Assembly (NCBI GenBank): GCA_041651115.1
Contig: JBAZJY010000003.1
Coordinates: forward strand, 270,252-334,251
DNA: 64,000 nt
Reading direction: 5' to 3'
Source: Candidatus Omnitrophota bacterium
Lineage (GTDB): Bacteria > Omnitrophota > Gorgyraeia > Gygaellales > Profunditerraquicolaceae
Part shown: positions 40,608 through 52,956 of the stretch, in pieces
Layout: every line of letters begins with the position of its first letter
How positions within the stretch are numbered: position 1 is the first letter of the stretch
The notes under the pieces: generated by a model
Databases searched by the model: none
Told to the model about the DNA's origin: nothing
Seen by the model: only the letters and a program-made list of their open reading frames with translations
Made by a program: the position numbers and the translations under genes

Positions 40608-41714
40608 CTATAGAATAAATTTTTCGGCTAATGCGATGCGTTCGGAGGTTGGCGGATGGTCAAAGAAAAAGAACTTAATAAGCGGGTGCGGGTTACGGTC
40701 GGCAAGGTTTTGCTCGGAAAGCTTATTCATCATAGAAATGAATGTCTCCTTCATTCCCGTTGCCTTAAGCGCGGCAAGGTCAGCATCTTTCTCAAAACGC
40801 CGGCTTAAAAAATTTTCCAGCGGCTGCATCACGACTCCAAAAACGGTCATATACATTATCACCAGGGGAAAAGCAGCAATGTCTTCCAGCGAAACAAAGC
40901 CAAATAATTCCAAACAATGGGCATTACTGACAAAAATAACATAAAACAGCAACAAGGTCATAAGCGCATTTATCAAGATCAGCTTCAGCAGGTGCTTCAT
41001 CCGGTAATGGCTGAATTCATGCGCCAATATCACTTCTATCTCATCGTAAGAGTATTTATCCTTTAGCGTATCGGCGAGGATCACCCGCCGCGTCCTGCCC
41101 CAGCCCACAAAGGCCGCGTTTGCCTTGAGGGTTTTCTTACTGAAATCGATCTCAAAAACATCCAGTATCTTTACGCGCATCTTTTCCGCCAGCTTTACGA
41201 TGCGCTCTCTAAGCGCGGAGTCTTCCAGTTGCCGGTATTTAAAAAACAGCGGGATAATCGCAACCGGCAGGATCTTTGCCATTATCAGACTGAAAAATAT
41301 CCAAAATAAGGCAACCATAAACCACCACGTATGCGGATTGCGCCCTAATACATAATAAAAAGCGCCGAAAAGCATAAGGCCGATGATATAGGATAATACG
41401 CCTGCCTTAAGCTGATCAATGAGCCATGCCCCAAACTTTTGATTTGTCAGGCCGAATTTGTGTTCAAGCATAAACGAGCGGTAAAAATTAAGCGGGAATG
41501 TCAAAACAGACGACAAGATAAGTATGCCTAGCAAATAGGCGGGAAAAACCAAATAATCTTGCCTGAAAAAAACAGATGCGCTTGCGGCAAGCCATGACGA
41601 AAATCCGGACTTAAGCAGCAGCACGATCAGCGCCAATAAATAAACCGTATCAAAAATAGCAAGGCTGTATTTAATGCGGCAGTAGCTGCCGGCCTTATCT
41701 ACCGGGCCTCTCAA
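40608..41714 (-). CDS. M48-family zinc metalloprotease (Ste24/HtpX-like) integral membrane protein
   Basis: HEFSHYRMKH HExxH motif within a multi-TM protein. Confidence 0.8.
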   Translation of the reverse strand: MRGPVDKAGSYCRIKYSLAIFDTVYLLALIVLLLKSGFSSWLAASASVFFRQDYLVFPAYLLGILILSSVLTFPLNFYRSFMLEHKFGLTNQKFGAWLIDQLKAGVLSYIIGLMLFGAFYYVLGRNPHTWWFMVALFWIFFSLIMAKILPVAIIPLFFKYRQLEDSALRERIVKLAEKMRVKILDVFEIDFSKKTLKANAAFVGWGRTRRVILADTLKDKYSYDEIEVILAHEFSHYRMKHLLKLILINALMTLLLFYVIFVSNAHCLELFGFVSLEDIAAFPLVIMYMTVFGVVMQPLENFLSRRFEKDADLAALKATGMKETFISMMNKLSEQNLADRNPHPLIKFFFFDHPPTSERIALAEKFIL

Positions 41715-41719
41715 GGCGG

Positions 41720-41974
41720 CTATTCTTTCTTTGCCTTGATTTGCCCTGCAGGCTCGACATTGATAAAGGTCCTAAGCCTTCCGTGCGGAGTCTTTTTGCG
41801 GGTAAAATAGACTTTCCCGGAGCAAACCGCGAATAATGTGCCGGCCCCCTTGACGTTCTTGCCGGCCTTATAGACATTAATACCCCTTAAGAGTATCTGG
41901 CCTGTCCTTACCGGTTGGCCTCCGGATACTTTTAATTCTTCATCTTTTTTAGGTGTAGAAAAACCTCCAGCCAT
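41720..41974 (-). CDS. rpmA: 50S ribosomal protein L27 (divergent N-terminus)
   Basis: GGQPVRTGQILLRGINVYKAGKNVKGAGTLFAVCSGKVYF aligns with the L27 core. Confidence 0.7.
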   Translation of the reverse strand: MAGGFSTPKKDEELKVSGGQPVRTGQILLRGINVYKAGKNVKGAGTLFAVCSGKVYFTRKKTPHGRLRTFINVEPAGQIKAKKE

Positions 41975-41992
41975 TTGATCCTCCTTGATTGA

Positions 41993-44317
41993 TTAATATT
42001 TAACGTCTACTCTAAAGCCGCAAACTGTCGGCTCTTTTATGGCAACTACTGTCTGCTGCATGTGCTGATAGCGGTAATTATTGAATATCGGAAGAAAATT
42101 CATCACGAAAATGTTCATGGATAAATTATCGTTGAATTGATACTTTAGCGCCGCGTTAGCCCTGAAATCCACGTCATAGATCCCGCTGTCCTTAAGCCTT
42201 TGAATATTATCCAGGATCGTTTGCTGCGAAGCGGTCCCTATAGCGGCATTTTCCCACATCCGCATCCATTCTTTCTCTCCGGCATAATCCCAAAACGCCT
42301 GGCAATCAAAAAGTAATTTTATCTTTTTGTTCAGCTGGCTTGTGGCAAAAAGCTTTAACATGCTATTGGGCCAATTAAGCAGATTGTCCCCCCAGCTTCT
42401 TAGTATCACGCCGTCAGGAAGGGAATAGGTCTGAAAATAATCTTCGGTGCTTATCGCTGTGGCGCTGCCGACGTTGCCGACCTCCCAATTGATCTGCTTG
42501 GCATAAGCATAATTTAAACCTATGGTATTTTTCTCGGTTTTATAGGCAATTTCGCATTCCAGCCCCCAGGTCCTTAGCTTTCCGCTCACTTCGGATTTTT
42601 GTTCCGCGCTGTTCCAGCTGATCGCCTTAAGCTGATTACGGAACCCGGTCAGAGAAAAATCAAAATTACTTATATTTTTTTGATAACCAAGCTCAATACT
42701 CTTCAGCTGTTCAGGATCAGCCTTGTTTCCGGCCCTGCCGGACAAATAGAGGTTTACCGCTGTGGGCATGCGTATTGATTCCTGCATCGTCACCCTGGAC
42801 GTGCCGAATTTGCCCATATCCCAGATAGCTGCGACACGCGGAGAAAGCAGGTAACGGGAAAACCTGTTCTTGTCCAGCCTGTCGGAAAGAAGAACGCTTA
42901 GATTGTCGGTTAATTTCAGGTTGGCCTCTGCCAGGAAGGCATAATTGTAAAGGCTAAACCCGTATTTTTCAGTAAAATAAACATTGGTGTAAAAAGGAGT
43001 GTAATCCAGATACTTGGCATCCGGAGCGCAAAGGATGACCGAACCGTCAAAGATAACCGCGTCTTTGGCAGACTGGCCCCATCCCGGGCCATAGGTTTCA
43101 TAAGAATATTCGCCGCCTAAAGCGATATTGTGCTTATCAAAAATATCGAAATTCAGCGTTGATTTCATTTCCAATTTATTTTCCGCGTAGTTCCAGGCCA
43201 TATTCGAGGGATACTTGGGGCTCGGGTTACCATTGTTATTTATGATATTAACCCAAGTATCATCAAACTGACGGCGGTAACCATCCATGGAATCAAAACT
43301 GATCATGCTTTTTAAAGTAGCGTCATTGGCAAAAATATGGTTATCTTCCAGGGCGAGAATAAACTGGCGGTTACGGGTCTCCGAACCGTTCACGTATTCG
43401 CCTGCGGTTGAATATTTAGCTACATGTAAATTATCGGTTGCGTTATTCGGCCATTCGGTCCAGGAGCGGATACGCGATGTCCCGGAATTGGTATACCTTA
43501 AATAAAGGCTGAATTCCTTTAAAAAATCGAACTGGGTATGGAATTTTATTTGCGGCTGGTTCTCGGTATCGGAATAATAGCTTGCCGGGTCATATTTACT
43601 GTAGATCCCGTCTTCGCCGACCCAGCTGCCGCTGCCGGATATGCGTGGATCAAGGTAATAGATCCTTGGGTCTATGCCGTTGGTGCTGCGGCAACTGGCA
43701 TAAATATAGGCCTGGGTATTTTCAAAAGTTTCGCCTAAACTGGCATATCCGCCATAGGAATTGTAGCCGCTTACATAGGCAAGCCCTGCTTTCTTGCCTT
43801 TACCGGTAGTGGCATTCTTGGTAATGATATTGATCACGCTGGTAATCGCTCCCGGGCCATAGGTAACCGAACCCGGGCCGCGGATCACTTCTATCCTCTC
43901 AATATCATTTAAATCCCAATTTTCCAGCTCGGTAGTCATGCCGTTAGTTGCTTTTTGGTTGATCAACTTACCGTTTAAAAGCAACAAAGAACGGTAATCC
44001 CTGTCTACAATAAAGCCCCTTACGCCGATATGCGTGCTGTCAAAATGCGTGAAATACGTAAGGCCGGGCACATAGGCTTCCAATAAATCGTAAATATTGC
44101 GCACCGGGGTCATTTCAATCATTTCGCTGGTGATGATCGTAGAAGAAACCGGAGAACGCTTAATGTTTTTCTCTGTAAGGGTCCCGGCCACTACCGGCGC
44201 TATCTGCCTGAACAACATTTCTTCCAAGCCGATTTCCTGGCCGATTACCTGCGCGCGCAGGGAAATTGGAAAAGATAAGAACATTGCCGCAAATAAATAG
44301 ATAAGGATTTTTTTCAT
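41993..44317 (-). CDS. TonB-dependent outer-membrane receptor
   Basis: Signal peptide, plug domain (TPVRNIYDLLEAYVPGLTYF), 774 aa beta-barrel ending in an aromatic residue. Confidence 0.8.
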   Translation of the reverse strand: MKKILIYLFAAMFLSFPISLRAQVIGQEIGLEEMLFRQIAPVVAGTLTEKNIKRSPVSSTIITSEMIEMTPVRNIYDLLEAYVPGLTYFTHFDSTHIGVRGFIVDRDYRSLLLLNGKLINQKATNGMTTELENWDLNDIERIEVIRGPGSVTYGPGAITSVINIITKNATTGKGKKAGLAYVSGYNSYGGYASLGETFENTQAYIYASCRSTNGIDPRIYYLDPRISGSGSWVGEDGIYSKYDPASYYSDTENQPQIKFHTQFDFLKEFSLYLRYTNSGTSRIRSWTEWPNNATDNLHVAKYSTAGEYVNGSETRNRQFILALEDNHIFANDATLKSMISFDSMDGYRRQFDDTWVNIINNNGNPSPKYPSNMAWNYAENKLEMKSTLNFDIFDKHNIALGGEYSYETYGPGWGQSAKDAVIFDGSVILCAPDAKYLDYTPFYTNVYFTEKYGFSLYNYAFLAEANLKLTDNLSVLLSDRLDKNRFSRYLLSPRVAAIWDMGKFGTSRVTMQESIRMPTAVNLYLSGRAGNKADPEQLKSIELGYQKNISNFDFSLTGFRNQLKAISWNSAEQKSEVSGKLRTWGLECEIAYKTEKNTIGLNYAYAKQINWEVGNVGSATAISTEDYFQTYSLPDGVILRSWGDNLLNWPNSMLKLFATSQLNKKIKLLFDCQAFWDYAGEKEWMRMWENAAIGTASQQTILDNIQRLKDSGIYDVDFRANAALKYQFNDNLSMNIFVMNFLPIFNNYRYQHMQQTVVAIKEPTVCGFRVDVKY

Positions 44318-44386
44318 CCCGGCCTCCTTAGTGATAAATCAAAACAAGTATATCAATAATGGCCCTTGAAAGCAACGCATTTCTCT

Positions 44387-45781
44387 CTACGATAATTCAA
44401 CTTCCTCGTCTTTACCGGGTATATAGACATCAAGGCCCGTGCGGGCAAAGGTATTGGCAAGGATCTGCAGCTGGTCTTCTTCCCCATGCACCAGGAAGAT
44501 GCGCTTAAGCGGCAGGCATGCGGAGACAAAATCCGCAAGGTCATTTTTGTCCGCGTGCCCGGAAAGTGCGTTGATCACCACAACCTCGGCATTAAGTTCG
44601 CATTCTACTCCGAATATCCGCACGAAGCGCTGCCTTTCTACGATCTTCCTGCCCAGCGTGTCTTTAGCCATATAGCCTACGACGAGCACGGTGTTGCGGG
44701 AATCTTCAATATTGTTTTTAAGGTGGTGCAGTATCCTGCCTGATTCGCACATGCCGCTTCCGGCAATGATCAGCATCGGGCGCTTATCCACGTTGAGCCG
44801 CTTGGATTCTATTTGGTCCCGGACAAACCTTAAATTCAAAAATTCAAACGGATTATCCCCCCGGCTGATCGCCTCACAGGTGCGATTATTCATATAGTCG
44901 CTGTGGCAGACGAATGAATCGGTGATCTCGGTTGCCAAGGGGCTATCCACATATATAGGTATAACGGGTATTGCCTTTTCCTTGAACAGCTCATTCAGCA
45001 GGTATATGACCTCCTGCGTGCGCTCAAGGCTAAACGCCGGAATCAAGATCTTGCCGCCGCGGCTGATCGTGCGATCAATCACTTCTTTCAGCCTTACCTT
45101 TGCCTGTTCAATAGGCGCGTGCTGCCTGCCGCCATAAGTACTTTCCATGATCAAATAATCCAACCCGCGAGGGGCTTGGGGATCGTCGAGCATCGGCAGA
45201 TTTTTCCTTCCCAGGTCCACCGCATAGCCTATCTTTATACTGCGGGACGGATCCCTGACTTCCAAAACTACAATACTTGAGCCGAGTATATGGCCGGCAT
45301 TATATAAAGTAACATGGGTATCCCTTGATACCAAAAAACTCCTGCCGTAAGTAAGGGGGTGGATCCTGCGGATTGCCCCGGAAACGTCTTTCTTGGTGTA
45401 AAGCGGTTTTACCGGAGCAAGCCCCAGCCGTTTATTGATCTTATTGACGTATTTGGTATCTTCTTCCTGGATTTTAGCCGAATCTTCAAGCATCAGCCGG
45501 CAGAGGTCTTTGGTAGCATGCGTAGAATATATCTTACAGCGCATCCCGCTTTTTATCAGGCTGGGGATATTGCCGCAGTGGTCAATATGCGCGTGAGAGA
45601 TAATCAGGGCGTTTATTTTGCGGGGGTTATAATGAAAAGTGGTATTAATCTCATAGAAATCACGGCGCCGGCCCTGGAACAGGCCGGCATCAAGCAGGAT
45701 CTCCGACTTATCGCTGGATACAAGATGGCTTGAACCGGTAACGGTCTTTGCCCCTCCCAGAAACTTAATTTTTACCGGCAT
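44387..45781 (-). CDS. MBL-fold beta-CASP ribonuclease (RNase J / CPSF-like)
   Basis: HAHIDHCG metallo-beta-lactamase motif; beta-CASP and RNA-specificity-type C-terminus; 464 aa. Confidence 0.75.
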   Translation of the reverse strand: MPVKIKFLGGAKTVTGSSHLVSSDKSEILLDAGLFQGRRRDFYEINTTFHYNPRKINALIISHAHIDHCGNIPSLIKSGMRCKIYSTHATKDLCRLMLEDSAKIQEEDTKYVNKINKRLGLAPVKPLYTKKDVSGAIRRIHPLTYGRSFLVSRDTHVTLYNAGHILGSSIVVLEVRDPSRSIKIGYAVDLGRKNLPMLDDPQAPRGLDYLIMESTYGGRQHAPIEQAKVRLKEVIDRTISRGGKILIPAFSLERTQEVIYLLNELFKEKAIPVIPIYVDSPLATEITDSFVCHSDYMNNRTCEAISRGDNPFEFLNLRFVRDQIESKRLNVDKRPMLIIAGSGMCESGRILHHLKNNIEDSRNTVLVVGYMAKDTLGRKIVERQRFVRIFGVECELNAEVVVINALSGHADKNDLADFVSACLPLKRIFLVHGEEDQLQILANTFARTGLDVYIPGKDEEVELS

Positions 45782-46451
45782 GCTTGCTTTTCCTCATCTT
45801 GATCGCGACAAAAATCACTAAAACCAGGTAGATAAAACTAAAAATCAGGGCGGCTTTATTTGTGCCAAGGTAATTTACCAACTCCTGCGGGTCTTTGAGT
45901 ATGCCCTTACCGGCTCCGGAAATAATATACTGCACCCAGAAAATACGCACCGGCGAGCCAAGGCAAACTACGGCCATATACCTCTTGAAAGAGACATCCG
46001 CCAGGCCGGCGGCAAGGTCTAAGAAACGGAACGGCACCAGCGGAACGCTGCGCAGCAGAAAAAGCCCGAGAAAACCGCTGCTGCTTATTTTTTTATCAAG
46101 GCCGGCGCTGATATTGCCCAGATGGTCCTTAACAAACTGCCTGCCTAAAAATCTGCTCAAGGAAAACAATACCGCGGCATTTATCGCTTCGGCAATAAGA
46201 ATAAGCAGCGCGCTTACATAAGCCCCGAAGATAAACGCAGAGACAAGTTTAAAGATATCCTTGGATAGCCAAAAAAAGAAAGTAATAACGACATAGAGGC
46301 AGATAAAAATTATCCCGCTGTAGATCAGCGGGAATCTGCTGAAAAAACTCTCAGTTTTGTCCGGATCAATATGGAAATACCTGCCTAAAAGCCATAATAA
46401 AATAAGCCCTGCAGCGAGGATTAAAAATTTAAGCGTGGATTTCCGGGGCAT
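45765..46451 (-). CDS. DedA/TVP38 family membrane protein
   Basis: 228 aa multi-TM with the DedA signature region. Confidence 0.7.
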   Translation of the reverse strand: MPRKSTLKFLILAAGLILLWLLGRYFHIDPDKTESFFSRFPLIYSGIIFICLYVVITFFFWLSKDIFKLVSAFIFGAYVSALLILIAEAINAAVLFSLSRFLGRQFVKDHLGNISAGLDKKISSSGFLGLFLLRSVPLVPFRFLDLAAGLADVSFKRYMAVVCLGSPVRIFWVQYIISGAGKGILKDPQELVNYLGTNKAALIFSFIYLVLVIFVAIKMRKSKHAGKN

Positions 46452-48113
46452 TTAGCTATCGTAAGTAGAATAGTAATACGGAGTAAAGGCCTTGAATTCA
46501 GCGGCGCAGGTATCTACCAGCTTAAACGCCGGAGTTATGCTCAGCGATTTGCGCAAAGCGCAGATGTCCTCTTCCTTCTTGTTCAGCAGCGCTGCCAGCT
46601 GCTTGTCGCTGAAACCGTATTGCTTGGCTTCCAGAAGCGAATCCCGCGTAAGATCACCGCTGCCTGATACAATCCGCTTTTCCAGCTCAATGATCTCTTT
46701 TATATTATAGATGAACCAGCGGTCAACGCGGGAAAGTTCATATATTTTTTCCACGCTTACGCCGGCGCGCAGCGCATCGCCGATATAGAATATCCTCTCT
46801 GCGCCGGGGACCCTTACCTTCCGGTATATCCTTTCCAGCGACCCGTTATCTATTTTTGCGCTTTCCATGCCGCTAAACAACACGCTTTCAAGCCCTGCCT
46901 TTTTTATCTCAAGCGAGCGCAGGCCTTTTTGCAGCGCTTCCTTAAAAGTCCTGCCTATAGACATCACCTCGCCTACGGATTTCATGGAAACCGTAAGCGT
47001 GGGATCTGCGGAAGGGAATTTCTCAAACGTAAAACGCGGGATCTTGACTACGCAATAATCAATGGACGGCTCAAAACACGCGGGCGTTTCTTTAGTGATA
47101 TCATTGGGTATCTCATCCAGCGTGTATCCTACGGCAAGCTTTGCGGCAATCTTGGCAATGGGAAAGCCCGTTGCCTTGGAAGCAAGCGCCGAGCTTCTTG
47201 AAACGCGGGGATTCATCTCAATCACGACCTGCCTGCCGGTATCCGGATGCACGGCAAACTGGATATTAGACCCTCCGGTCTCAACGCCGATCTCTCTGAT
47301 ACAGGCGATCGAGGCATCGCGCATGCGCTGGTATTCCCTGTCGGTTAAAGTCTGCGCCGGGGCAACCGTAATGCTGTCTCCGGTATGCACGCCCATAGGA
47401 TCAAGGTTCTCAATAGAACAGATAATCACTACGTTATCTTTTGTGTCGCGCATTACCTCAAGCTCAAATTCTTTCCACCCGGCAACCGACTCCTCGATCA
47501 ATATTTCGCTGATCATACTGGAATCAAGGCCGGCTTTGGCAAGCAGCCGAAACTCTTCTATGTTATAGGCAACGCTGCCTCCGGTGCCGCCCAAAGTAAA
47601 GCTGGGGCGGATAATCACCGGAAAACCGATCCGCTCGGCTACTTTGCAGGCATCTTTTAAAGTATATGCCTTGCCGCTTCTGGGCAGGTCAAGGCCGATC
47701 TTCTGCATCGCATCCTTGAATAATTGCCTGTCTTCGGCTTTCTTGATCGCCTTAATGTTGGCGCCGATAGTTTCTACTTTGTATTTCTTGAGCACTCCCT
47801 TTTCAGCCAGCCCTACCGCGGTATTCAAAGCTGTCTGGCCGCCTAATGTCGGCAGGAGCGCGTCCGGTCTTTCTTTCGCGATAATTTTGGCGACGATATC
47901 CACGGTTATCGGCTCGATATAAGTGCGGTCCGCGGTCTGCGGATCAGTCATGATCGTCGCGGGGTTAGAATTAACCAAGACGACCTCAAACCCTTCCTGT
48001 TTTAGCACCTTGCAGGCCTGCGTGCCGGAATAATCAAATTCGCACGCCTGGCCGATGACGATCGGGCCGGAGCCGATGATCAGGATTTTTTTAATATCTG
48101 TCCGTTTGGGCAT
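46452..48113 (-). CDS. carB: Carbamoyl-phosphate synthase large subunit, N-terminal half only (split carB)
   Basis: 553 aa; begins [30 protein letters not shown]; ends at a genuine stop just after the DTCAAEF linker that normally begins the second ATP-grasp half; the next gene is unrelated (DedA). Confidence 0.85.
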   Translation of the reverse strand: MPKRTDIKKILIIGSGPIVIGQACEFDYSGTQACKVLKQEGFEVVLVNSNPATIMTDPQTADRTYIEPITVDIVAKIIAKERPDALLPTLGGQTALNTAVGLAEKGVLKKYKVETIGANIKAIKKAEDRQLFKDAMQKIGLDLPRSGKAYTLKDACKVAERIGFPVIIRPSFTLGGTGGSVAYNIEEFRLLAKAGLDSSMISEILIEESVAGWKEFELEVMRDTKDNVVIICSIENLDPMGVHTGDSITVAPAQTLTDREYQRMRDASIACIREIGVETGGSNIQFAVHPDTGRQVVIEMNPRVSRSSALASKATGFPIAKIAAKLAVGYTLDEIPNDITKETPACFEPSIDYCVVKIPRFTFEKFPSADPTLTVSMKSVGEVMSIGRTFKEALQKGLRSLEIKKAGLESVLFSGMESAKIDNGSLERIYRKVRVPGAERIFYIGDALRAGVSVEKIYELSRVDRWFIYNIKEIIELEKRIVSGSGDLTRDSLLEAKQYGFSDKQLAALLNKKEEDICALRKSLSITPAFKLVDTCAAEFKAFTPYYYSTYDS

Positions 48114-48128
48114 ATTTTAAAGAGACTC

Positions 48129-48500
48129 CTAACAGGCGAAATTCTCTATTATCGAGCTGATTTGCTGGATATCAAAAGGCTTATTTATGGAATGCGCTGC
48201 GCCCTCTTGCCGGGCCTTCTGAAGCAGGTCATCAACCGCATAACCGGTCATCATTACATATTTTGCCGCCGGGTCAATCTTCTTGAGTTCCCTGAACGTT
48301 TCCAGGCCGTTCATCTGCGGCATCTTTACGTCCAGGAAAACCAGGTCAAACCTTTCCTGCCTTGCCGCTTCGATAGCCATGAATCCGTCTTCTACGATCT
48401 TTACGATTGCAGATTTTAACGCCAGAAAACGGGCAAGAAAATCCCTGACTACCTGCTCGTCATCTACTACCAAGACTTTTATTTTTCTATCGTTTTCCAT
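48129..48500 (-). CDS. Stand-alone response-regulator receiver (CheY-like), paralogous to REC1 of the tandem-REC proteins
   Basis: VLVVDDE...FLDVKMPQMNGLETFRELKKI...YVMMTGYAV...KPFD; start taken at MENDRK. Confidence 0.8.
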   Translation of the reverse strand: MENDRKIKVLVVDDEQVVRDFLARFLALKSAIVKIVEDGFMAIEAARQERFDLVFLDVKMPQMNGLETFRELKKIDPAAKYVMMTGYAVDDLLQKARQEGAAHSINKPFDIQQISSIIENFAC

Positions 48501-49602
48501 AGCGTTTCCCTCCAATTTTCTTTTTTGGCGGCCGCAGCAAACCGATGAACCGGTCAAAAAGATAATTTGCGTCATGCGGCCCCGGACCGGCTTCAGGATG
48601 GAATTGGACTGAAAATATCGGCCACCGTCTGTGCCGGATGCCTTCAAGGGTATGATCGTTCAAATTTATATGGGTTACTTCAATATCACGCTTACTCAAA
48701 GAACTCTCGTCCACGCAAAAGCCATGGTTCTGCACCGTAATATATACCCTTCCGGTCTTAAGGTCTTTGACCGGATGGTTCCCGCCATGATGGCCGAATT
48801 TTAGTTTATAAGTCTTACCGCCCATGGCCAGGCCCAGCATCTGCTGGCCCAAACAAATGCCGAAAATGGGAAGCTTGCCTAAAAGTTCTTTTACGGTATT
48901 GATAACGTACGATACCGCGGCCGGGTCTCCCGGCCCGTTGGAAAGCAAGAGGCCGTCGGGCTTGACCGCTAATATTTGCGCGGCACTGGAATCCGCCGGC
49001 ATCACGATCACCCGACAATTACGCTCTTCTAATGCGCGTAAAGTATTTAATTTTATCCCGCAGTCAAGCACTGCTACTTTATATTTACCCTGCTTATTCC
49101 ATTCATACGGCTTAGCGCAGGCAACACCTTTAACCAGGTCTACGCCTTCAAGACCCGGTGAAGACCTTGCCTTGACAATCAGGCTCTCATGATTAAGGTC
49201 TACGGTGGATAAGACCGCTTTCATTGCCCCTGCCTGCCGGATATGCAGGGTAAGCGCGCGCGTATCGATACCTTCTATACCGACGATATCGTTTGCCGCA
49301 AGATATTCGCCGAGTGACTGCTCCGCGCGCCAGTTGCTGGCGATCTTACTGTATTCTTTTACCACAAATCCTTCAACAAACGGCCTGCATGATTCAACGT
49401 CTTCTTTGTTTACGCCGTAGTTTCCGATCAAAGGATAGGTCATTGCCACGATCTGGCCTTTATAAGAAGGATCGGTAATGATCTCCTGATATCCGGACAT
49501 ACTGGTATTAAAAACGACTTCGCCGCACTTTTCTCCGGCAGCGCCGAAAGAACGGCCTCTGAATATTGTCCCGTCTTCTAAAACAAGCCTGGCTTCCGTC
49601 AT
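48487..49602 (-). CDS. carA: Carbamoyl-phosphate synthase small subunit (glutamine amidotransferase)
   Basis: 371 aa; class I GATase with Cys-His-Glu triad region. Confidence 0.95.
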   Translation of the reverse strand: MTEARLVLEDGTIFRGRSFGAAGEKCGEVVFNTSMSGYQEIITDPSYKGQIVAMTYPLIGNYGVNKEDVESCRPFVEGFVVKEYSKIASNWRAEQSLGEYLAANDIVGIEGIDTRALTLHIRQAGAMKAVLSTVDLNHESLIVKARSSPGLEGVDLVKGVACAKPYEWNKQGKYKVAVLDCGIKLNTLRALEERNCRVIVMPADSSAAQILAVKPDGLLLSNGPGDPAAVSYVINTVKELLGKLPIFGICLGQQMLGLAMGGKTYKLKFGHHGGNHPVKDLKTGRVYITVQNHGFCVDESSLSKRDIEVTHINLNDHTLEGIRHRRWPIFSVQFHPEAGPGPHDANYLFDRFIGLLRPPKKKIGGKRYGKR

Positions 49603-49606
49603 GTGA

Positions 49607-51130
49607 TTAGGTTACAAATAAATTACGGGAAGAGAACTTCCCGTCTGTCGTCAAATTAACGCCCAGCCTTTTTAACCCTACGTCGTCGCCGGGAGAAGGG
49701 ATATGCGTCATATGTATTTCGCAATTCCTTAGTTCTGTAAGTTTTTTCATCGCCAGCTCTGCCGTATGATTGGTCGTGGCGCTTATGGAAAGCGCGATCA
49801 GCGTTTCTTCCAGGTCCAGGCTTTCCGATTCTTCGTTTAAGATCCCCTGTTTCAGCATCGATATCTGGTTGATGATCTGCGGAGAAAGCAGGAGGATTTC
49901 GTCGGGGATACCGGCAAGCACCTTTAATGTATTGATGATCAGGCTTGAGGCGGCATGCATCAGTTTGGAATTCTTTCCGGTTACCACTTTCCCTCCGGAA
50001 AGCTCAAGCGCTGCGCCGCAGAATATGCCGGCGTTACCTTTACCTTTTGATTCCGCTTCTTCGGCAGCCTTTCTTGCTATTTCTACGACTTTCCTGTCCG
50101 TAAGCTTAACGCCTAATTCTTCCATTAAAAGCGCCACCCTCTCCGCGGCCTCTTTCTTTTCTATTCCTAAAACATATTCCGCATTATAGCGGAAATACCT
50201 GCGTATCAGCTCCTGCCGCGCCGCTTCCTGCACTGCGTCGTCGTCAATTATGCCGAAACCTGCGCGGTTAACACCCATATCCGTGGGAGAATTATACATC
50301 GGCAGATTACTTTTCTTCTCCAATATCTTATTTAAGATCAGTTTCAATATCGGGAAGCTTTCCACGTCCCGGTTATAATTTATCGCCGTTTCGTGGTAGA
50401 TATTCAAATGAAAAGGGTCAACGAGGTTAAAATCCTGTATGTCTGCGGTCGCCGCTTCATAAGCGACGTTTACGGGATGCTTAAGCGGAAGGTTCCAAAT
50501 GGGAAAAGTCTCAAACTTCGCGTATCCGGCATTCACGCCTTTTTTATGCTCGTGGTATAATTGCGAAAGGCAGGTAGAAAGTTTTCCGCTATTCGGCCCG
50601 GGACCGGTAACAACCATAACCTGGTTCTTTGTCTCTATATAGTCGTTCCTGCCAAACCCCTGTTCGCTGACAACCAGGTCTACGTTAACAGGATAGTTCT
50701 CTATCGGATAATGCAGATAAACCTTAACCCCGCGGCGCTCCAGCTTATTTTTGAATACGGCTGCCGAATGCTGCCCGGAAAACCTCGTGATCACTACGGC
50801 CAGAATATCCAGGCCCCATTTGCGCAGGTCGTCGATCAGCTTTAAAGTCGCGGCATCGTAAGTTATGCCAAAATCCCCTCTTACCCTGCCCCGTTCAATA
50901 TCGCCGGCATAAATGCAAAGGACAATGTCAATCTTGTCTTTTAATGATTGCAACAGCCTGATCTTTACGTTCGGGTCATATCCCGGCAGGACGCGCGCAG
51001 CATGGTAATCAAAACAAAGCTTACCGCCAAACTCAAGGCAAAGCTTACTATTAAACTTTTTAACCCTGTCTAATATCGCCGCAGTCTGTTCTTTGAGGTA
51101 TTTTTCGTTGTCAAAACCGGTCTTTTCCAT
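49607..51130 (-). CDS. Conserved hypothetical protein (UPF0371/DUF1846-like)
   Basis: 507 aa; N-terminus MEKTGFDNEKYLKEQ...LEFGGKL..DYHAARVLPGYDP resembles the UPF0371 family as I recall it; no catalytic motif recognised. Confidence 0.4.
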   Translation of the reverse strand: MEKTGFDNEKYLKEQTAAILDRVKKFNSKLCLEFGGKLCFDYHAARVLPGYDPNVKIRLLQSLKDKIDIVLCIYAGDIERGRVRGDFGITYDAATLKLIDDLRKWGLDILAVVITRFSGQHSAAVFKNKLERRGVKVYLHYPIENYPVNVDLVVSEQGFGRNDYIETKNQVMVVTGPGPNSGKLSTCLSQLYHEHKKGVNAGYAKFETFPIWNLPLKHPVNVAYEAATADIQDFNLVDPFHLNIYHETAINYNRDVESFPILKLILNKILEKKSNLPMYNSPTDMGVNRAGFGIIDDDAVQEAARQELIRRYFRYNAEYVLGIEKKEAAERVALLMEELGVKLTDRKVVEIARKAAEEAESKGKGNAGIFCGAALELSGGKVVTGKNSKLMHAASSLIINTLKVLAGIPDEILLLSPQIINQISMLKQGILNEESESLDLEETLIALSISATTNHTAELAMKKLTELRNCEIHMTHIPSPGDDVGLKRLGVNLTTDGKFSSRNLFVT

Positions 51131-51189
51131 CTTTTACCTATGAATTTATCGGATTATTATAGTATACAAAGACGGGATTGTAAAACAGA

Positions 51190-52938
<1,749 letters not shown>

Positions 52939-52956
52939 TCCAAAAAAGAGTACGGG

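Noticed and set aside
40468-40944. 158-aa plus-strand ORF spanning the GC-rich spacer and the peptidase 3' end
   Set aside because: It overlaps the clearly coding M48 peptidase on the opposite strand. Its N-terminal part lies in the structured RNA-like region, and the Arg/Ala-rich composition is typical of a GC-rich non-coding frame.
49607-51130. Possibility that the 507-aa ORF is the missing C-terminal half of carB
   Set aside because: Its sequence has no ATP-grasp or MGS-like motifs and does not align with the CarB second half. It looks like an unrelated conserved hypothetical (UPF0371-like).
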